NCBI GenBank assembly: GCA_963735035.1
Contig: CAVTJJ010000003.1
Location: 576,001 to 640,000 of the forward strand
Reading direction: 5' to 3'
Length of the DNA: 64,000 bases
From: an uncultured candidate division Zixibacteria bacterium
GTDB lineage: Bacteria > Zixibacteria > MSB-5A5 > GN15 > FEB-12
A model generated the notes under the pieces. The model was given only the letters and a program-made list of their open reading frames with translations. It was not told where the DNA came from and ran no database searches. A program made the translations under genes and the position numbers. Below are positions 62,210 through 64,000 of this stretch, one piece after another; position 1 is the first letter of the stretch, and every line of letters begins with the position of its first letter.

Positions 62210-62998
62210 TCAGAACCGCCAGGTGAGCCGAACCATCCTTGAACCATCTACTCGCGAAGATCCCACCGCCAGCCCCTTCGACTCTCCGGCCCGGTGAAGT
62301 CCCGGCACGACATATCCGATAGTCGCTCCGACCAGATACCCGGCGATCACATCGCTGGGGAAATGCCGCCCCGATTCCACCCGAAGTATCCCCACCACCG
62401 CCGGATACACCGCCGCCGCGCTCCAGATCACAATGCGAGTCCGCTTATCCGAGACGCGGTCAGAAAGAATTCGAGCCGTCAAGAAAGACATCGCCGCCGA
62501 GGTCCCGGTGTGACCGGAATAGAACGACAACCGCGCATCTCGATCTGTTTTTCGGTCGAGCGGTGTATTCGGGTCATAGACGTACGGACGGGTTCGCTTG
62601 GTCAGGCTCTTGACGATTCCGTTCACCCCGGACTGGAGGAGTAGCGTCTCCCCCCACATCACGCCGATTGCTTTCCACTCCTCGCGTAGTTTCCGGTCGG
62701 CCAAAAGTATGAACGGCATCGCGACCGACACCCCCATCGCGATATCGCTCGCCGTGGCGCCACGGAAAGAGCGGACAGCGCCCCGGTCGAAACTGTTGAT
62801 ATTCGCCCGGTCGAGGGCGTTGATCTGGTCGAGTGTCAACGGCTGAACATTGTTATGGGCGATTAGCCCGCCAACCGCCAGAGCGCACCCGCTTCCGACT
62901 AAAAGCCAGTCCCGTTTCTGCTCAACATTATAGAGCGGCTGAGCCTGACATGCAGCCGAACTGAAAAGAGCCAAGAAAACAACAAGTCTGAACTTCAT
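62210..62998 (-). CDS. PAP2 family phosphatase
   Basis: K..TKRTRP, SFYSGHT, RVESGRHFPSD. Confidence 0.88.
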   Translation of the reverse strand: MKFRLVVFLALFSSAACQAQPLYNVEQKRDWLLVGSGCALAVGGLIAHNNVQPLTLDQINALDRANINSFDRGAVRSFRGATASDIAMGVSVAMPFILLADRKLREEWKAIGVMWGETLLLQSGVNGIVKSLTKRTRPYVYDPNTPLDRKTDRDARLSFYSGHTGTSAAMSFLTARILSDRVSDKRTRIVIWSAAAVYPAVVGILRVESGRHFPSDVIAGYLVGATIGYVVPGLHRAGESKGLAVGSSRVDGSRMVRLTWRF

Positions 62999-63138
62999 AT
63001 TCGCCCACAGGACCATACCCCAGACCCCGTCGAGAGTCAATCAGTGTTATCTGTGTCGAAACGCCCTGAGGCCCTGCCGAATTGTCGCCCTTCCCCTCTG
63101 GTTGACTTAGGCCTTCCCACACGGTAACTTGTCGGTCC

Positions 63139-63726
63139 ATGAACGCGCCCAATTTCCTGACCCTCATGCGTATCGCCCTCGCGCCTGTCTTTATGGTCAT
63201 TTTCCTGATCGACAACTACTACACCCGCATGATCGCCCTGGGGATTTTCGTGGTCGCCGCCCTGACCGATATCGCCGACGGCTACTACGCCCGCAAACTG
63301 GGCATGATCACCGGCTTCGGCAAATTCATGGACCCGCTGGCAGACAAGATTCTGGTCTCGTCGGCCCTGATATCGTTTATCGCCCTTGGCTACGCCTCGC
63401 CTTTGCCCGTGATGCTCATAGTTGGTCGGGAGTTTTCGGTAACCGGACTCAGACTCTTGGCCGCCTACAAAGGGGTGGTAATCCCGCCGACCTGGATGGC
63501 CAAAACCAAGACCTTCCTCCAAATGACCGCTATCGTAGCCGTCATGGGGTATATCTGTCTCCTCAGCTCGCTCGAGCATTTTCAGCACCCCGCCCGCGAG
63601 ATGCTCCGGTTCGACTACCTCTTCTATTTCAATATGCTGCTCTGGGTCACTGCCGGCGTGACGGTTTGGACCGGTGTAGACTATGTCATCAAATACTTCC
63701 ACATGATCAAATCAGTGCTCAAATAG
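63139..63726 (+). CDS. pgsA: CDP-diacylglycerol--glycerol-3-phosphate 3-phosphatidyltransferase
   Basis: PNFLTLMR, DIADGYYAR..GKFMDPLADK. Confidence 0.95.
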   Translation: MNAPNFLTLMRIALAPVFMVIFLIDNYYTRMIALGIFVVAALTDIADGYYARKLGMITGFGKFMDPLADKILVSSALISFIALGYASPLPVMLIVGREFSVTGLRLLAAYKGVVIPPTWMAKTKTFLQMTAIVAVMGYICLLSSLEHFQHPAREMLRFDYLFYFNMLLWVTAGVTVWTGVDYVIKYFHMIKSVLK

Positions 63727-63735
63727 GATAATTGC

Positions 63736-64000
63736 ATGAAGAATTTCCTGATCAAGTTTTTCGCCTCCGGTCTCTTTTCCGGGTATCTCAAGCCGTTCCC
63801 CGGCACCTGGGGCACTATCCCTGCCTGGCTGATCGCCTGGTTCTTATTGAAAGGTGACCCCACGCTCATGTGGGGGGCGGCCATACTCTCGACAATTTTC
63901 TCGATCGCCATAGCCTCGCTGGCCGAACCGCTCATGGGACACGACTCCCGCAAGATTGTCATCGACGAGTGGGCCGGGATGTTTATATCGCTGCTCTTCG
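63736..64000 (+). CDS. pgpA: Phosphatidylglycerophosphatase A (partial)
   Basis: Manual translation: MKNFLIKFFASGLFSGYLKPFPGTWGT..HDSRKIVIDEWAG; follows pgsA. Confidence 0.9.
   Translation, partial: MKNFLIKFFASGLFSGYLKPFPGTWGTIPAWLIAWFLLKGDPTLMWGAAILSTIFSIAIASLAEPLMGHDSRKIVIDEWAGMFISLLF

Noticed and set aside
1..64000. tRNA or rRNA genes
   Set aside because: None recognised by eye; tRNAscan-SE/barrnap not run.

Overview
Bacterial chromosomal window, GC-rich. The mix of PEP-CTERM, cohesin-like and FlgD-Ig/'T9SS-like' tailed secreted proteins suggests candidate phylum Zixibacteria or a related FCB lineage (inference only). Many genes carry single-base frameshifts, most likely long-read assembly errors. 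(1) Positions 1-11.1 kb hold a minus-strand phage head module: portal, large terminase, prohead protease with a degenerate ligase-like extension, scaffold, decoration protein, major capsid, beta-propeller and head-tail connector, followed by signal-peptide proteins. No integrase, replication, small terminase or tail genes are visible. A sigma54-driven PEP-CTERM gene splits the module, so it looks like a domesticated, GTA-like capsid system. (2) Positions 11.2-20.1 kb contain single accessory genes bracketed by mosaics of REP-like palindromes. (3) The middle holds TldD/PmbA, an omptin, a candidate CsrB/RsmZ-like sRNA, GT4, a PD-(D/E)XK nuclease, a redoxin plus Cys-rich peptide, an OgdA/SsaD-like pair, RND efflux and msrAB. 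(4) An IS110-family element sits in a REP palindrome. Its CT core, sub-terminal IRs, circle-junction promoter and bridge-RNA guides can be read directly from the sequence. (5) The right part holds a PPDK_N-nucleotidyltransferase gene beside gdhA, a TetR-linked speD-GNAT-ATP-grasp-PLP decarboxylase-MFS cluster, mscL, an RRM protein, MBL, PAP2, pgsA and pgpA.
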